Shown here: piece by piece, positions 34,143 through 43,984 of the stretch
Numbering within the stretch: the first letter of the stretch is position 1
Layout of the letters: every line of letters starts with the position of its first letter
NCBI GenBank assembly: GCA_965223905.1
Contig: CBDCXV010000001.1
Coordinates: forward strand, 64,001-128,000
DNA: 64,000 bases
Origin: Candidatus Latescibacterota bacterium
GTDB lineage: Bacteria > Latescibacterota > UBA2968 > UBA8231
Direction: 5' to 3'
Notes under the pieces: model-generated
The model's database searches: none
Told to the model about the DNA's origin: nothing
The model's input: only the letters and a program-made list of their open reading frames with translations
Translations under genes and position numbers: made by a program

Positions 34143-35072
34143 ATGCAACAACCCATTTGGCTCAAGCTCGCCCTCTCATTGGCAGGCTTCCTCTCTGTCG
34201 CAAACGCCCAACCCCCGGACCGCATCTATCCAATAATGCAGTTGACCGACCGCGACGTCGCCGAGATCGACGTGACGGACGGTTCAGTCGATGACTGGGA
34301 GTATATCGTCGGGGAGCCCACGCTCACCCCGCTGGACTTCGCGCAAACTTTTAATAGCTACGATCCTTCTGATATGGATTTTCGCATCTGGCTTGGTTGG
34401 CACGATGCCACTGACCGAATTTTCTTCGCCATGGAGAGGGTCGACGACGTATACGTCAACGAATTCGACCGCGAGGATGAGAATCTGGGCATTCTGATTC
34501 ATCACGACTCCTCGGTGTCGTTTGCCGTTGACGGAGACCACTCGGGCGGGGCGGTGTTCCCCCAGGAACGTTCAGAGAATATCTTGCAGGACGCTTGGCA
34601 GGCGCAGGTTTTCCATGCGCTCGGGGAGGTTTTCGACGGGGGCTCCCAGCTTGGCATCTTCCCCCTTTTGCATCAGGTGAGTGACGACTGGTTCAGTCAG
34701 CCTCCGTTTGCACACGGAGGCGGCGCAGTGGTTGGCGGATCCCCCATCTTCTCGGTGACGGAATTCTACGTGACGCCGTTTGACCGCTTGGTACCGACGG
34801 GGGATCCGGAAGACAGTGACGTGTCCGATCTGTTCGGCGGAAAGATCATCGGTTTCAACATTGAGGTATTCGACGTTGATGATCAGCCTGGGGTGGAGAC
34901 CATCCACAAACTAGCAGTCCCCCCATCCTACGAATCTTATAGTCATCTGTTGTTGATGTCAGCCGACTACTTCGCCGACGGGGTTCTGGTCACGCCGGAT
35001 GGCTTGTCATCTGAAGATTCGGCGGTCGAAAGCGATTCCTGGGCCCGAATCAAGGCCAGCTTGGCGGAATAG
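34143..35072 (+). CDS. Secreted CBM9/DOMON-like protein with C-terminal SAVESDSWARIKA motif, copy B
   Basis: Close paralog of 31088-32023 from the RBS to the last codons. Confidence 0.8.
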   Translation: MQQPIWLKLALSLAGFLSVANAQPPDRIYPIMQLTDRDVAEIDVTDGSVDDWEYIVGEPTLTPLDFAQTFNSYDPSDMDFRIWLGWHDATDRIFFAMERVDDVYVNEFDREDENLGILIHHDSSVSFAVDGDHSGGAVFPQERSENILQDAWQAQVFHALGEVFDGGSQLGIFPLLHQVSDDWFSQPPFAHGGGAVVGGSPIFSVTEFYVTPFDRLVPTGDPEDSDVSDLFGGKIIGFNIEVFDVDDQPGVETIHKLAVPPSYESYSHLLLMSADYFADGVLVTPDGLSSEDSAVESDSWARIKASLAE

Positions 35073-35129
35073 CCGAGCTAACGTCCGGGTACTACCCCCG
35101 GGTGCCGGCCTCCGGTGGTTCCGCCAGCC

Positions 35130-36527
35130 TTAGTCCGCTTCCTTCACCGCGTTGACCAGATCGACCACCGCCTCCCTGGCGCTGCCGAAGTACATCAGCG
35201 TGTTGTCGGCCGCGAACAGCGGGTTGGCGATGCCGGCGAACCCCGGGCTCAGGGAGCGCTTGATCACCACCACGGTGCGCGCCTTGTCGACATCGAGAAT
35301 CGGCATGCCGGCGATCGGTCCGGAGTCCGCGACCCGGGCCACCGGATTGACGACGTCGTTGGCCCCTATCACGAGCACGACGTCGGTCTGCTCGAAGCCC
35401 GGGTTGACGAGGTCCATCTCCTTGAGCTGCTCGTAGGGAACCTCGGCCTCGGCCAGGAGCACGTTCATGTGCCCCGGCATGCGCCCGGCTACGGGGTGGA
35501 TGGCGTACTCGACCTCGATGCCGCGCGCCTCCAGCAGGCCGGCGAGATCGCGCACCGCGTACTGGGCCTGGGCGACCGCCATGCCGTAGCCCGGCACGAC
35601 GACGACCCGCCGCGCCGTGTCGAACAGCATGGCCACCTCCGCGGCCGACGTCGACTTCACCTTGCCTTCGTAGACCTCGTCGTCCCCTCCAGCGGGTCCG
35701 GTCCCGGCGCCGACCCCCCCGAAGAAGACGTTGCCCAGCGAGCGGTTCATGGCGCGGCACATGATCTGCGTCAGGATCAGCCCGGAGGCGCCGACCAGGG
35801 ACCCGGCGATGATGAGGATGTTGTTCTGCAGCACGAAGCCGGTCGCCGCGGCGGCGAGGCCGGAGCAGGAGTTGAGAAAGGCGATGACCACCGGCATGTC
35901 GGCGCCCCCGATGGCGACGACGACCGCGGCCCCCAGCAGGCTGGCCGCGGCCGCCAGGACCCAGTATGCCTGCGGGGACGACGGCTCGGCGACGACCCAG
36001 GCCGCCGCCGCCAGGGACGCGGCCCCGAGGAGGGCGTTGAGAAGCTGCCGGCCGGGAAACAGCAGGGGGTTTCCCGCCATCAACTCCTGAAGCTTGGCGA
36101 AGGCGATGACGCTGCCCCAGAAAGTCACCGCCCCGATCAGCCCGGACGCCGCGGTGGCGACCGTGAACTGAGCCGCCGGAGCCGCTTGCGACAGGCTGCT
36201 CTCAGCGAGGGCGGCGCCGGCGACCAGCACCGAGGCAACCCCCCCGAAGCCGTTGAACAGCGCCACCAGCTGCGGCATCGCCGTCATCTCGATGCGGACG
36301 GCGAGCACCCCGCCGACCAGGGCGCCGGCGACCACCCCGGCGAGGATCAGCTCGAAGCTGAGGATCTGGCGGCTCAGCAGCGTCGCAACCACGGCAAGCA
36401 ACATGCCGCAGGCACCCAGCAGGTTGCCGCGCACCGCGGTGCGCGGATGGGTGAGCCCCTTGAGGCCGAGGATGAAGAGCACCGCGGCCGCGAGGTAGGC
36501 GGCGGCGATCAGGGTGTCGAACGGCAT
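35130..36527 (-). CDS. pntB: NAD(P) transhydrogenase subunit beta
   Basis: MPQLVALFNGFGG, GGADMPVVI, VPGYGMAVAQAQ, HPVAGRMPGHMNVLLAEA, GANDVVNP. Confidence 0.97.
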   Translation of the reverse strand: MPFDTLIAAAYLAAAVLFILGLKGLTHPRTAVRGNLLGACGMLLAVVATLLSRQILSFELILAGVVAGALVGGVLAVRIEMTAMPQLVALFNGFGGVASVLVAGAALAESSLSQAAPAAQFTVATAASGLIGAVTFWGSVIAFAKLQELMAGNPLLFPGRQLLNALLGAASLAAAAWVVAEPSSPQAYWVLAAAASLLGAAVVVAIGGADMPVVIAFLNSCSGLAAAATGFVLQNNILIIAGSLVGASGLILTQIMCRAMNRSLGNVFFGGVGAGTGPAGGDDEVYEGKVKSTSAAEVAMLFDTARRVVVVPGYGMAVAQAQYAVRDLAGLLEARGIEVEYAIHPVAGRMPGHMNVLLAEAEVPYEQLKEMDLVNPGFEQTDVVLVIGANDVVNPVARVADSGPIAGMPILDVDKARTVVVIKRSLSPGFAGIANPLFAADNTLMYFGSAREAVVDLVNAVKEAD

Positions 36528-36531
36528 GCTG

Positions 36532-36813
36532 TCAGGAGCGGCGCTTGAACATACCGAGCATGCGGTGGGTGACCAAGAACCCGCCGACGACGTTGACCGT
36601 CGCCAGGACCACCGCGGCCAGCCCCAGCCAGGCGGCCAGCTCGGTCCGTTGCGACCCCGCCGAGAGCAGGGCCCCGATCAGGGTTATCCCCGAGATGGCG
36701 TTCGACCCCGACATCAGCGGCGTGTGCAGGGTCGGGGGGATCTTGGTGATGATCTCGAAGCCGACGAAGACCGCCAGGACGAACACGGTGACGGCCGCTA
36801 CCAGGGATTCCAT
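36532..36813 (-). CDS. pntAB: NAD(P) transhydrogenase subunit alpha, part 2 (membrane)
   Basis: PPTLHTPLMSGSNAISG, NVVGGFLVTHRMLGMF. Confidence 0.95.
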   Translation of the reverse strand: MESLVAAVTVFVLAVFVGFEIITKIPPTLHTPLMSGSNAISGITLIGALLSAGSQRTELAAWLGLAAVVLATVNVVGGFLVTHRMLGMFKRRS

Positions 36814-36821
36814 TTCTTCCT

Positions 36822-38036
36822 TTATCCGTCGCCTTTCACGGCGGTTGCCGCCGCGGGCTCCGTTGCTCCGGGTTGCCCGGCGCGGGGGGTCGGACCCATC
36901 GCTTCGAGGACGCGGTCGCAGACGACCCGGCCGCCGCGGGTCACCAGGGTGGCGGCGGTGATCTCGTCGGCCGGGTCGAGGTGCAGCCGGCCCTCGTCGT
37001 CGAGCAGATGGGTGAGGAAAGCTGCGAGATTGTGGCTGTACATCTGGCTGGCGTGGTAGGGCACGGTTGCCGGCAGGTTGGCGGGCCCAAGGATGTGAAC
37101 GCCGCCGTGGCCGACGGTTTCACCCGCCCGGGTCAGCTCGCAGTTGCCCCCCCGTTCCGCGGCGAGGTCGACGATGACCGAGTGCGGCGCCATCGCCTCG
37201 ACCGCCTGCCGCGGTATCAGCACCGGCGCCTTTCGGCCCGGCACCGCGGCGGTGGTGATGACGACGTTGCAGCCGCGGACGATCTCGCCGAGGGCCTCCT
37301 GCTGGCGTCGGTAAAAATCGGCGTCCTGCACCCTGGCGTAGCCGCCGGCTTCCTCGGCGTCGCCGGCCTCGACGTCGAGCTCGACGAACTCCGCTCCCAG
37401 GCTCTCCACCTGCTCGCGCACCGCCGGGCGCACGTCGTACCCCATGACCACCGCACCGAGCCGCTTGGCCGTCGCCAGCGCCTGCAGCCCCGCCACTCCT
37501 GCCCCGATCACGAGCACCCGCGCCGGCGTCACCGTGCCGGCGGCCGTCATCATCAGGGGAAACATCCGCGGCAGCTCCGCGGCGGCCAGCAGGACCGCCT
37601 TGTACCCGGCGATGGTCGCCATCGACGACAGCGCGTCCATGCTCTGGGCCCGCGTCGTGCGCGGCATCAGCTCTACGGCGAACAGGAGGACGCCGGCCGC
37701 GGCCACCGCTTCGATCGCGCCGTGCGCCTCCAGCGGCTCGGCGAATCCCAGCACCGCCTGATCCCTGCGAAGCAGCTCCAGGTCGCCGCCTGAGGGATTG
37801 GCGCCGTGGGTCCGTACCTGGAGGATGGCCTCGGCGCCGGCGAAGACGTCGCTCCGCGAAGCGGCGATCTCCGCGCCCGCGGCGGCGAATTCCTCGTCGG
37901 TGAAGCCGGCGCCGGCGCCGGCGTTGGACTCGACGACCACCCGCACCCGTTCGCCGAGACGGGATACCGATTCGGGCGTCAGCGCGACGCGCCGCTCCCC
38001 CGGAAAGGTCTCCGCAGGAACGCCGGCGGTCAGCAA
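36822..38036 (-). CDS. pntAA: NAD(P) transhydrogenase subunit alpha, part 1
   Basis: ERRVALTP, PRTTRAQSMDALSS, GAGVAGLQA, DLAAERGGNC. TTG start is approximate. Confidence 0.95.
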   Translation of the reverse strand: MLTAGVPAETFPGERRVALTPESVSRLGERVRVVVESNAGAGAGFTDEEFAAAGAEIAASRSDVFAGAEAILQVRTHGANPSGGDLELLRRDQAVLGFAEPLEAHGAIEAVAAAGVLLFAVELMPRTTRAQSMDALSSMATIAGYKAVLLAAAELPRMFPLMMTAAGTVTPARVLVIGAGVAGLQALATAKRLGAVVMGYDVRPAVREQVESLGAEFVELDVEAGDAEEAGGYARVQDADFYRRQQEALGEIVRGCNVVITTAAVPGRKAPVLIPRQAVEAMAPHSVIVDLAAERGGNCELTRAGETVGHGGVHILGPANLPATVPYHASQMYSHNLAAFLTHLLDDEGRLHLDPADEITAATLVTRGGRVVCDRVLEAMGPTPRAGQPGATEPAAATAVKGDG

Positions 38037-38300
38037 GGCGGCTCTTCCAAAGATCTCGGGGGATGCACGGGGGAAACCGAAGACCTGCGGCGGAGGGCAG
38101 GGCGCCCGGACACGGAGCCTCGAGTGGTCCTCCAGGCTCCCGGGTGGCAAGGCCCCTGAGGAAGGCCTGCCGGGGGTGTCCGGCGCAAGAGCAGGATATG
38201 GTTGGGACAGGACACCAAATACAGCTGCCTCAGGCGGCCCCGACCGGCCTCCCGCGCCAACGGTGCGCGGAACCGGCTCCGCGGAATCCCCGGGGAAAAT

Positions 38301-38600
38301 TCAGCGGTGGGCGGCAAGTTTGTCGCGGTACTTCTTGAGCTGGGAGCTGACGTGATCGTAGGCGGCGCTGATCGACTTGAACAGGTTGTCGTCGTCCGAC
38401 TCGCCCCTGCCCACAAGCTTCTGCTGCGGAACCTTGACGATGATTTCAACCGCGGTGCCGTGCTTCGCGCGCCTTTCCAACACCACCTCGCAGTCGACGA
38501 TGCGGTCGAAGTAGTGATCGAGCTTGGCGCATACTTTTTCGATATGCTCTTTGGTGGAGTCCGATACAGTAGTGTGCTTAGCGGTGATTCTGACTGGCAT
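38301..38600 (-). CDS. hpf: Ribosome hibernation promoting factor (short HPF/RaiA)
   Basis: ITAKH..KEHIEKVCAKLDHYFDRI..NLFKSI..QLKKYRDK; AAGGAG RBS. Confidence 0.88.
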   Translation of the reverse strand: MPVRITAKHTTVSDSTKEHIEKVCAKLDHYFDRIVDCEVVLERRAKHGTAVEIIVKVPQQKLVGRGESDDDNLFKSISAAYDHVSSQLKKYRDKLAAHR

Positions 38601-38697
38601 CGCATCTCCTTTCAGGTGACCGGGCAGGGTCGGCAAGTCGAAAAATTCAAAGATACCGACACCGCCGTACGGGTCAACAACACCATCCCGAACCCGC

Positions 38698-40688
38698 GTG
38701 ATTAAACAGATTCCCGAGACCTATGTCGCCTTTCTGAAAGGAAGGGATCGCGAAACCCCGGATGATGGCGGACTGACGCCGATCTCGCTGCTCATCGGAA
38801 TCGGATTCGCCGTTTTCTCCGCGATTGCCGAGCCATACGCGGTTGTGATTCTCCGCACTTCGGAGATCACCTGGTCCTACTTTCCGATCTGCGTCGGGCC
38901 TTCCGTTCGTCCTCCTGGTGTTCTGCAACTCCTTCGCCAAGCGGATCGCCGGGCGAGGGCTCCGGCGCGGCGATCTGGTAACCATTGCCATCATGGGACT
39001 GGCGGCCAGCGGGCTGCCGGTGTTCCTGGTCAGCTTCGTTTTTGCCATCATAGCGACCCCGTACTACGGTGCTACCGGCGAAAACCGGTGGGCTGAGTTC
39101 GCGCAGCCCCACCTCCCGAAATGGGCGGTTCCCACCGACGAAAAAGCACTGCTGCCTTACTTCGAAGGGCTCCCGCCGGACGCCGAGGGTGGAATGCCAC
39201 TGTATGCATGGCTCGGTCCCCTGCTGTGGTGGTTCAGTCTGTTCGCCGCCCTCTTCTTCCTCTGCCTTTGCCTGGTGGTCGCTTTGCGCCGTCACTGGGT
39301 GGAGACGGAACGACTGCCCTTTCCAGTGGCCCAAATCCCGCTGCTGCTGACCGCGGAGAGCCGCGGCTCGGTACTGCCCCCGATCTTCCGCGCCAAGGCC
39401 TTCTGGGTCGGCTGCAGCATTCCGTTTCTGATCATCTGCTTCAACATCGCTTCCTACTTCGAGCCCGGCCTGCCGCGCATACCGGCCTTTTCCGGCGGCG
39501 ACCTCGCAATCATCCCGGGGCCCATCCGCCAGCCCAGGGGAATACTCTACTTCCCAATCATCGGCTTCGCCTACCTGGTTACCGCCCCGGTTACTCTCAG
39601 TATCTGGGTTTTCTACCTGCTGGTGGCGATGGAGGGATCCCTGCTCAAGGTGCTCCACGTAAGCACGGCTCCGGACCCGTTCGTGATCGCGGGCTTCGAA
39701 ATGACCCCTGTGGCAGGACTGGGGGGCTTTCGTGGCCATGGTCGTGCTGGCATTGTGGCTCGCGCGGCGACATTTGCCAAACGTTCTCCGCCAGGTACTG
39801 GACCGTTCCACAAGAAGCGACGCCGGCGAACTGTTGTCCTACCCCACCGCCGTCTTCGGGGGGATTGCGGCGTCGCTCTACCTCGTCGGGTGGTTCACCG
39901 CCTCCGGGATGGAACCCTGGGTCGCTGTTCTCTGTCTGTTGTTCGCGGTGGTGATTTTCCTGGGAATCACCCGCATCGTCACTCAGTCAGGCGTGCACTT
40001 CCTGACCACACCGGTGACCAGTCAGGGCCTGGTGTTGGCTCTTACCGGAACCGCAGTGCCGCCACCCACCCTTATGGGTCTGGCATTGACCAATGTCTGG
40101 TGCGGGGACGTGCAGTCGATCTTCATGGTGTCGGCGGCCCACGCGGCGCGCCTGAACACTTTGTGCCAGCGGCGCCGCGGCCTGGTTCTGGCAATGGGGA
40201 TTTCGGTGACCGTCAGTTTCTTCACCACCTCATTCTTCCTGCTTTCCCTGGCGTACGACCTCGGGGCTCTGAACCTGCGGTCGATCCTCAACCTCTCCTC
40301 CGGCCACGGCGCCACCGTGTTCAACGGCGGCGTCGCCCAGATGCAGCAGCCTGTCGGCACGGACTGGACACGCCTTCTGTTCTTCGTCCTGGGAGCGACC
40401 GTGTACGCGGTTGTCGCCTACCTTCACTACCGGGTGGCCTGGTGGCCGCTCCACCCGGTCGGGCTGACCATTGCAATTACCTGGATGGTGCGCCAGATCG
40501 TTCTTTCCGTTTTCATCGCCTGGTTTCTCAAGATGTTGATCCTGCGATATGGCTCGGTTCAACTCTTCGGACGCCTACGCCCATTTTTCATCGGTCTGCC
40601 TGTCGGTTTCTTTCTCGGCGTCGGCGTCGGTGGGATCGTCGACCTCATCTGGTTTTTCGGGGTCGGACACGCGATTCTGCACGGCTGA
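38698..40688 (+). pseudogene. DUF6785/DUF6784-type polytopic membrane protein (putative transporter) with two +1 slips
   Basis: Continuous protein across three frames (slips at about 38897 and 39706): RRHWVETERLPFPVAQ, SIWVFYLL, WWPLHPVG, RPFFIGL. May be intact if the slips are read errors. Confidence 0.7.
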
Positions 40689-40723
40689 AAAAAAGGCCTC
40701 GCCCCCTTGCCGGGACGAGGCCT
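40688..40723 (-). terminator. Intrinsic terminator downstream of gltA
   Basis: A7 run followed by the AGGCCTCG...CGAGGCCT stem. Confidence 0.7.
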
Positions 40724-40748
40724 GGGAATCGGCTCGTGTCGGGTTCCC

Positions 40749-42038
40749 TCAGGAGCGCTCCTCGAGCGGGACGTAGCGCTGTTCGACGGGGCCGGTGTAG
40801 ACCTGGCGCGGCCGGTGGATGCGCCCCCCGGTGATGAAGCGGTCCTCGTACCAGTGCGCGATCCATCCCGGCATGCGGCCGATGGCGAATATCGCCGTGA
40901 ACATCGACTTGGGAATGCCGAGGGCGCGCAGGATGACGCCGCTGTAGAAATCGACGTTGGGGTACAGCTTGCGCTCGATGAAGTAGTCGTCCTTCAGGGC
41001 CGCCTCCTCCAGCTCCCGGGCGATGTCGAGCATGGCGTCCCGCTTGCCGAGGCGGCCGAGGACGATCTCGCACTGCTGCTTAATGATCATGGCGCGGGGA
41101 TCGAAATTCTTGTACACGCGATGCCCGAACCCCATGAGCCGGATGCCGGCGGTCCTGTCCTTGACCTGCCGCACGTACTCCCTGACCGGGATCCTGCTCT
41201 CCATCAGGTTCTCGATCATGCTGACGACGGCGACGTTGGCCCCGCCGTGCAGCGGGCCCCACAGGGCGCTGACGCCGGCTGCCACCGCGGAGAACAGGTT
41301 GCCGCCGCTGCTGCCGACCATGCGCACCGTGGATGTGCTGCAGTTCTGTTCGTGATCGGCGTGCAGGAGCAGCAGGACGTCGAGGGCGCGCTCTTCCTCG
41401 GGATCCGGCTCGTAGTCGTTGTACGGCTGGGTGAACATCATGTGCAGGAAGTTGGCGGTGTACTTGAGATCGTGCCGCGGGTAGGGCATGTTGTGGCCGA
41501 GGTTCTGCTTGTAGGAATAGGCGGCGATGGTGCGCACCTTCGACATGATGCGCGCCGCGACTTCCTGGAACACGTCGACGTCTTCGACGTCGAGCAGCTC
41601 CGGATAGTAGCAGGTCAGGGCGCTGAGCACCGCGGACAGCACCGCCATCGGCGGGGATCCCGGGGGGAACAGGGTCATGTGATGCCGGATCTGCTCCCGC
41701 AGCATCGCGTGCTCACCGAGCAGCGTTCTGAACGACTCGAGCTGTTCCCGGGTCGGCAGCTCCCCCCAGATCAGGAGGTAGGCCGTTTCGATGAAGTTGC
41801 TTTTCTCCGCCAGCACCTCGATCGGGATGCCCCGGTACCGCAGGACCCCCTGCTCGCCGTCTATGTAGGTAATGGAGCTGAGGCAGGAGCCGGTGTTGCC
41901 GTACCCTTCGTCGAGGGTGATGTACCCGCTCTGCGCCCTTAGAGCGCCGATGTCGACAGCCCGCTCCTGCTCGCTGCCGACCACTACGGGAAGGTCGATT
42001 TCCCCGTCGTCCAGTATGAGTCGGGCGGTATCCGCCAT
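40749..42038 (-). CDS. gltA: Citrate synthase (type II)
   Basis: HADHEQNCST, WGPLHGGAN, MGFGHRVYKNFDPRA, YPNVDFYSG. Confidence 0.97.
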   Translation of the reverse strand: MADTARLILDDGEIDLPVVVGSEQERAVDIGALRAQSGYITLDEGYGNTGSCLSSITYIDGEQGVLRYRGIPIEVLAEKSNFIETAYLLIWGELPTREQLESFRTLLGEHAMLREQIRHHMTLFPPGSPPMAVLSAVLSALTCYYPELLDVEDVDVFQEVAARIMSKVRTIAAYSYKQNLGHNMPYPRHDLKYTANFLHMMFTQPYNDYEPDPEEERALDVLLLLHADHEQNCSTSTVRMVGSSGGNLFSAVAAGVSALWGPLHGGANVAVVSMIENLMESRIPVREYVRQVKDRTAGIRLMGFGHRVYKNFDPRAMIIKQQCEIVLGRLGKRDAMLDIARELEEAALKDDYFIERKLYPNVDFYSGVILRALGIPKSMFTAIFAIGRMPGWIAHWYEDRFITGGRIHRPRQVYTGPVEQRYVPLEERS

Positions 42039-42092
42039 GAAGATCTCCTGTTGTGGGGGTTTCAGCAGGGCCGGGGATAGTAGCCCGCTGAT

Positions 42093-43787
42093 ATGGGAGT
42101 GTCAAACAAACCGTTAGAGGGTCCGTACGGCAGGCGCAGGCGCCTGTTTCGGGGGGGTGCTTTGCTGTCGCTTGCCGCCCTGGCGGGGGCCTGTATGTAT
42201 CGCTTTTTCGGCCACGATCTGGTGCGCTCGCTCTACCGGGGTGAATGGCCGTGGCTGTCCCACCTGGTAAAGCGCCGGGGGGAACACCCGGTCGAGTACT
42301 ATCTCGAAGTCGCCGACCGCGCCGCCTGCGGCCTGCTGCTCTGGAGCGTTCTGGTCTTCCTGCTGTACTGGGCCCTGCGGGAGCTGGGCGGCCGCCGTCC
42401 CGCCTCGCTGCTGGGCGATCCGCGGTGGCGCCGGCTGACGACGGCGACCGCCGCGGTCTGGCTCCTATTCCTGTTGCGGATCCCCCTCTTTCAGGCCCTT
42501 CCCTGGTGGTTCTGGTCGCTTGCCGACAGGCCGCTGCCCCTCTGGTGGCTGTTCGCCTCCCTGGCCTTGGGGAGCGCCGGAGCCTGTTTCGCCGTGTCGA
42601 GCCGGCCCCACCGCCACCTGCCGAACCTGCTGCTGCTCGTCGCTCTCTGCTACACCCTGCAGCTTGGATTCGGCCTGATGGAAGGGCGCGGCCTGCAGTC
42701 GCTGTCCGACCGTCTCACCGGCAGCGGCGGACATGCGCGCCTGGCTCTCGCCGGCACCGAGTGGACCCCCGGGCACCTGTTGCGGAACTACCCTTCCATG
42801 GTCGCCAACCAGGAGCTGCCGCACTTCCCGCACGCCACCAGACCGCCCGGCCCGGTGATCGCCTTTTCACTTCTCGACCAGTTGGCCCGTCACCTGCCGA
42901 TTTCCGGAAATGGCCGGCAGGATGCGGTCGCGCGGCTCGCCGCCCTGCTGTTTCCCCTGATGGCCTCCCTGACCCTGTTTCCGCTGTGGGGGTTGTGCCG
43001 GCTGGCGATCCCCGGCGAACGCGAGGCCTGGATGCCGCTCCTGCTCTACGTCTCGGCACCGAGCCTCCTGCTGATGGTCCTCCACCTCGACCAGTGCCTG
43101 TTTCCCCTGATCGGCACCACCTTCCTCTACCTGCTGGCACGGGCCCTGACCGCAAACAGGTTGCTCCCGGCATTCGCCGCGGGCATCTGTCTGTATGCAG
43201 GGATGTACTTCAGCTTCGGGCTGATCGCCCTGGGGGCCGCATCGACGGCTCTGATCCTGCTGTTCGCGCGCACGCGGCAGGCCTGGAGGCAGGCCGGAAC
43301 CGCCGCGGCCGCGCTGCTTGCAGGGGCTGCGCTTGTGCACCTGGCGATGTGGTTCGCTCTCGGGTACGACGCTCTGGCCCAGTTCCGCTTCGGCATGGCG
43401 GCTCACCAGGCCTTCAAGTTCCCGCAGTGGGGCTTCGGCCACACCCTCTACTTCGGCGCCCTCAACCTCGTCGAGTTCGCCCTCTGGTGCGGACCGGCCC
43501 TCGCCCTCCTATGCGGAGCGCAGTTGTTCCGCTCCTGCAGAAGCTGGCCGCCCGGGACCGTGGCCGACCTGCTGGTGCTGGCGCTGGCCGTCGCCCTGGC
43601 GGGGCTCGTTCTGTTCGGGCGCACCGCCGCGGAAACCGCGCGCCTGTGGCTCTTCCTCCTGCCCCTGGTGGCCCTCGCCGGCGCCCGTTACCTCGGCGAA
43701 ATCACCCCTGGCCGCGGTGCCGGCTTCATCCTCGCGCTGCAGCTGGTCACCGTGCTGGTCCTCAAGAAGTGCCAGGATCTGTTCTGA
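42093..43787 (+). CDS. Polytopic membrane protein, probable GT-C glycosyltransferase
   Basis: More than 10 TM helices, HATRPPGP loop, HLDQ, ETARLWLF. Start uncertain. Confidence 0.6.
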   Translation: MGVSNKPLEGPYGRRRRLFRGGALLSLAALAGACMYRFFGHDLVRSLYRGEWPWLSHLVKRRGEHPVEYYLEVADRAACGLLLWSVLVFLLYWALRELGGRRPASLLGDPRWRRLTTATAAVWLLFLLRIPLFQALPWWFWSLADRPLPLWWLFASLALGSAGACFAVSSRPHRHLPNLLLLVALCYTLQLGFGLMEGRGLQSLSDRLTGSGGHARLALAGTEWTPGHLLRNYPSMVANQELPHFPHATRPPGPVIAFSLLDQLARHLPISGNGRQDAVARLAALLFPLMASLTLFPLWGLCRLAIPGEREAWMPLLLYVSAPSLLLMVLHLDQCLFPLIGTTFLYLLARALTANRLLPAFAAGICLYAGMYFSFGLIALGAASTALILLFARTRQAWRQAGTAAAALLAGAALVHLAMWFALGYDALAQFRFGMAAHQAFKFPQWGFGHTLYFGALNLVEFALWCGPALALLCGAQLFRSCRSWPPGTVADLLVLALAVALAGLVLFGRTAAETARLWLFLLPLVALAGARYLGEITPGRGAGFILALQLVTVLVLKKCQDLF

Positions 43788-43844
43788 CGCCCGCGGCGGC
43801 CTGTGCTGCTCGGCATGAGTAATTGCCCTGCCAAGGGCGTCGAG

Positions 43845-43984
43845 GCGCCCAGCCCCCAGGGCGCGACCGAGGTGGGTTGGGGTACCCACCGAGAGGGCGC
43901 AACGCCTGGGGCCGGGATTGAGGGAAAATCGCACATGCGAGGTTTTCGATTGAACCGCGATTGGACCGCGATTTTTCCCTCAAG
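43845..43984. repeat. Dispersed structured repeat, copy 2
   Basis: GAGGGAAAATCGCACATGCGAGGTTTTCGATTGAACCGCGATTGGACCGCGATTTTTCCCTCAAG aligns with 14360-14423; preceded by nested hairpins. Confidence 0.7.

Noticed and set aside
31088-35072. Classical diversity-generating retroelement (TR/VR pair)
   Set aside because: No reverse transcriptase or Avd in the window. Both repeats are full genes. Differences include indels and many non-adenine changes spread over the whole gene. A remote DGR cannot be fully excluded.
38040-38295. Hairpins upstream of pntAA as a riboswitch
   Set aside because: Only generic GC stems; no recognisable aptamer consensus.
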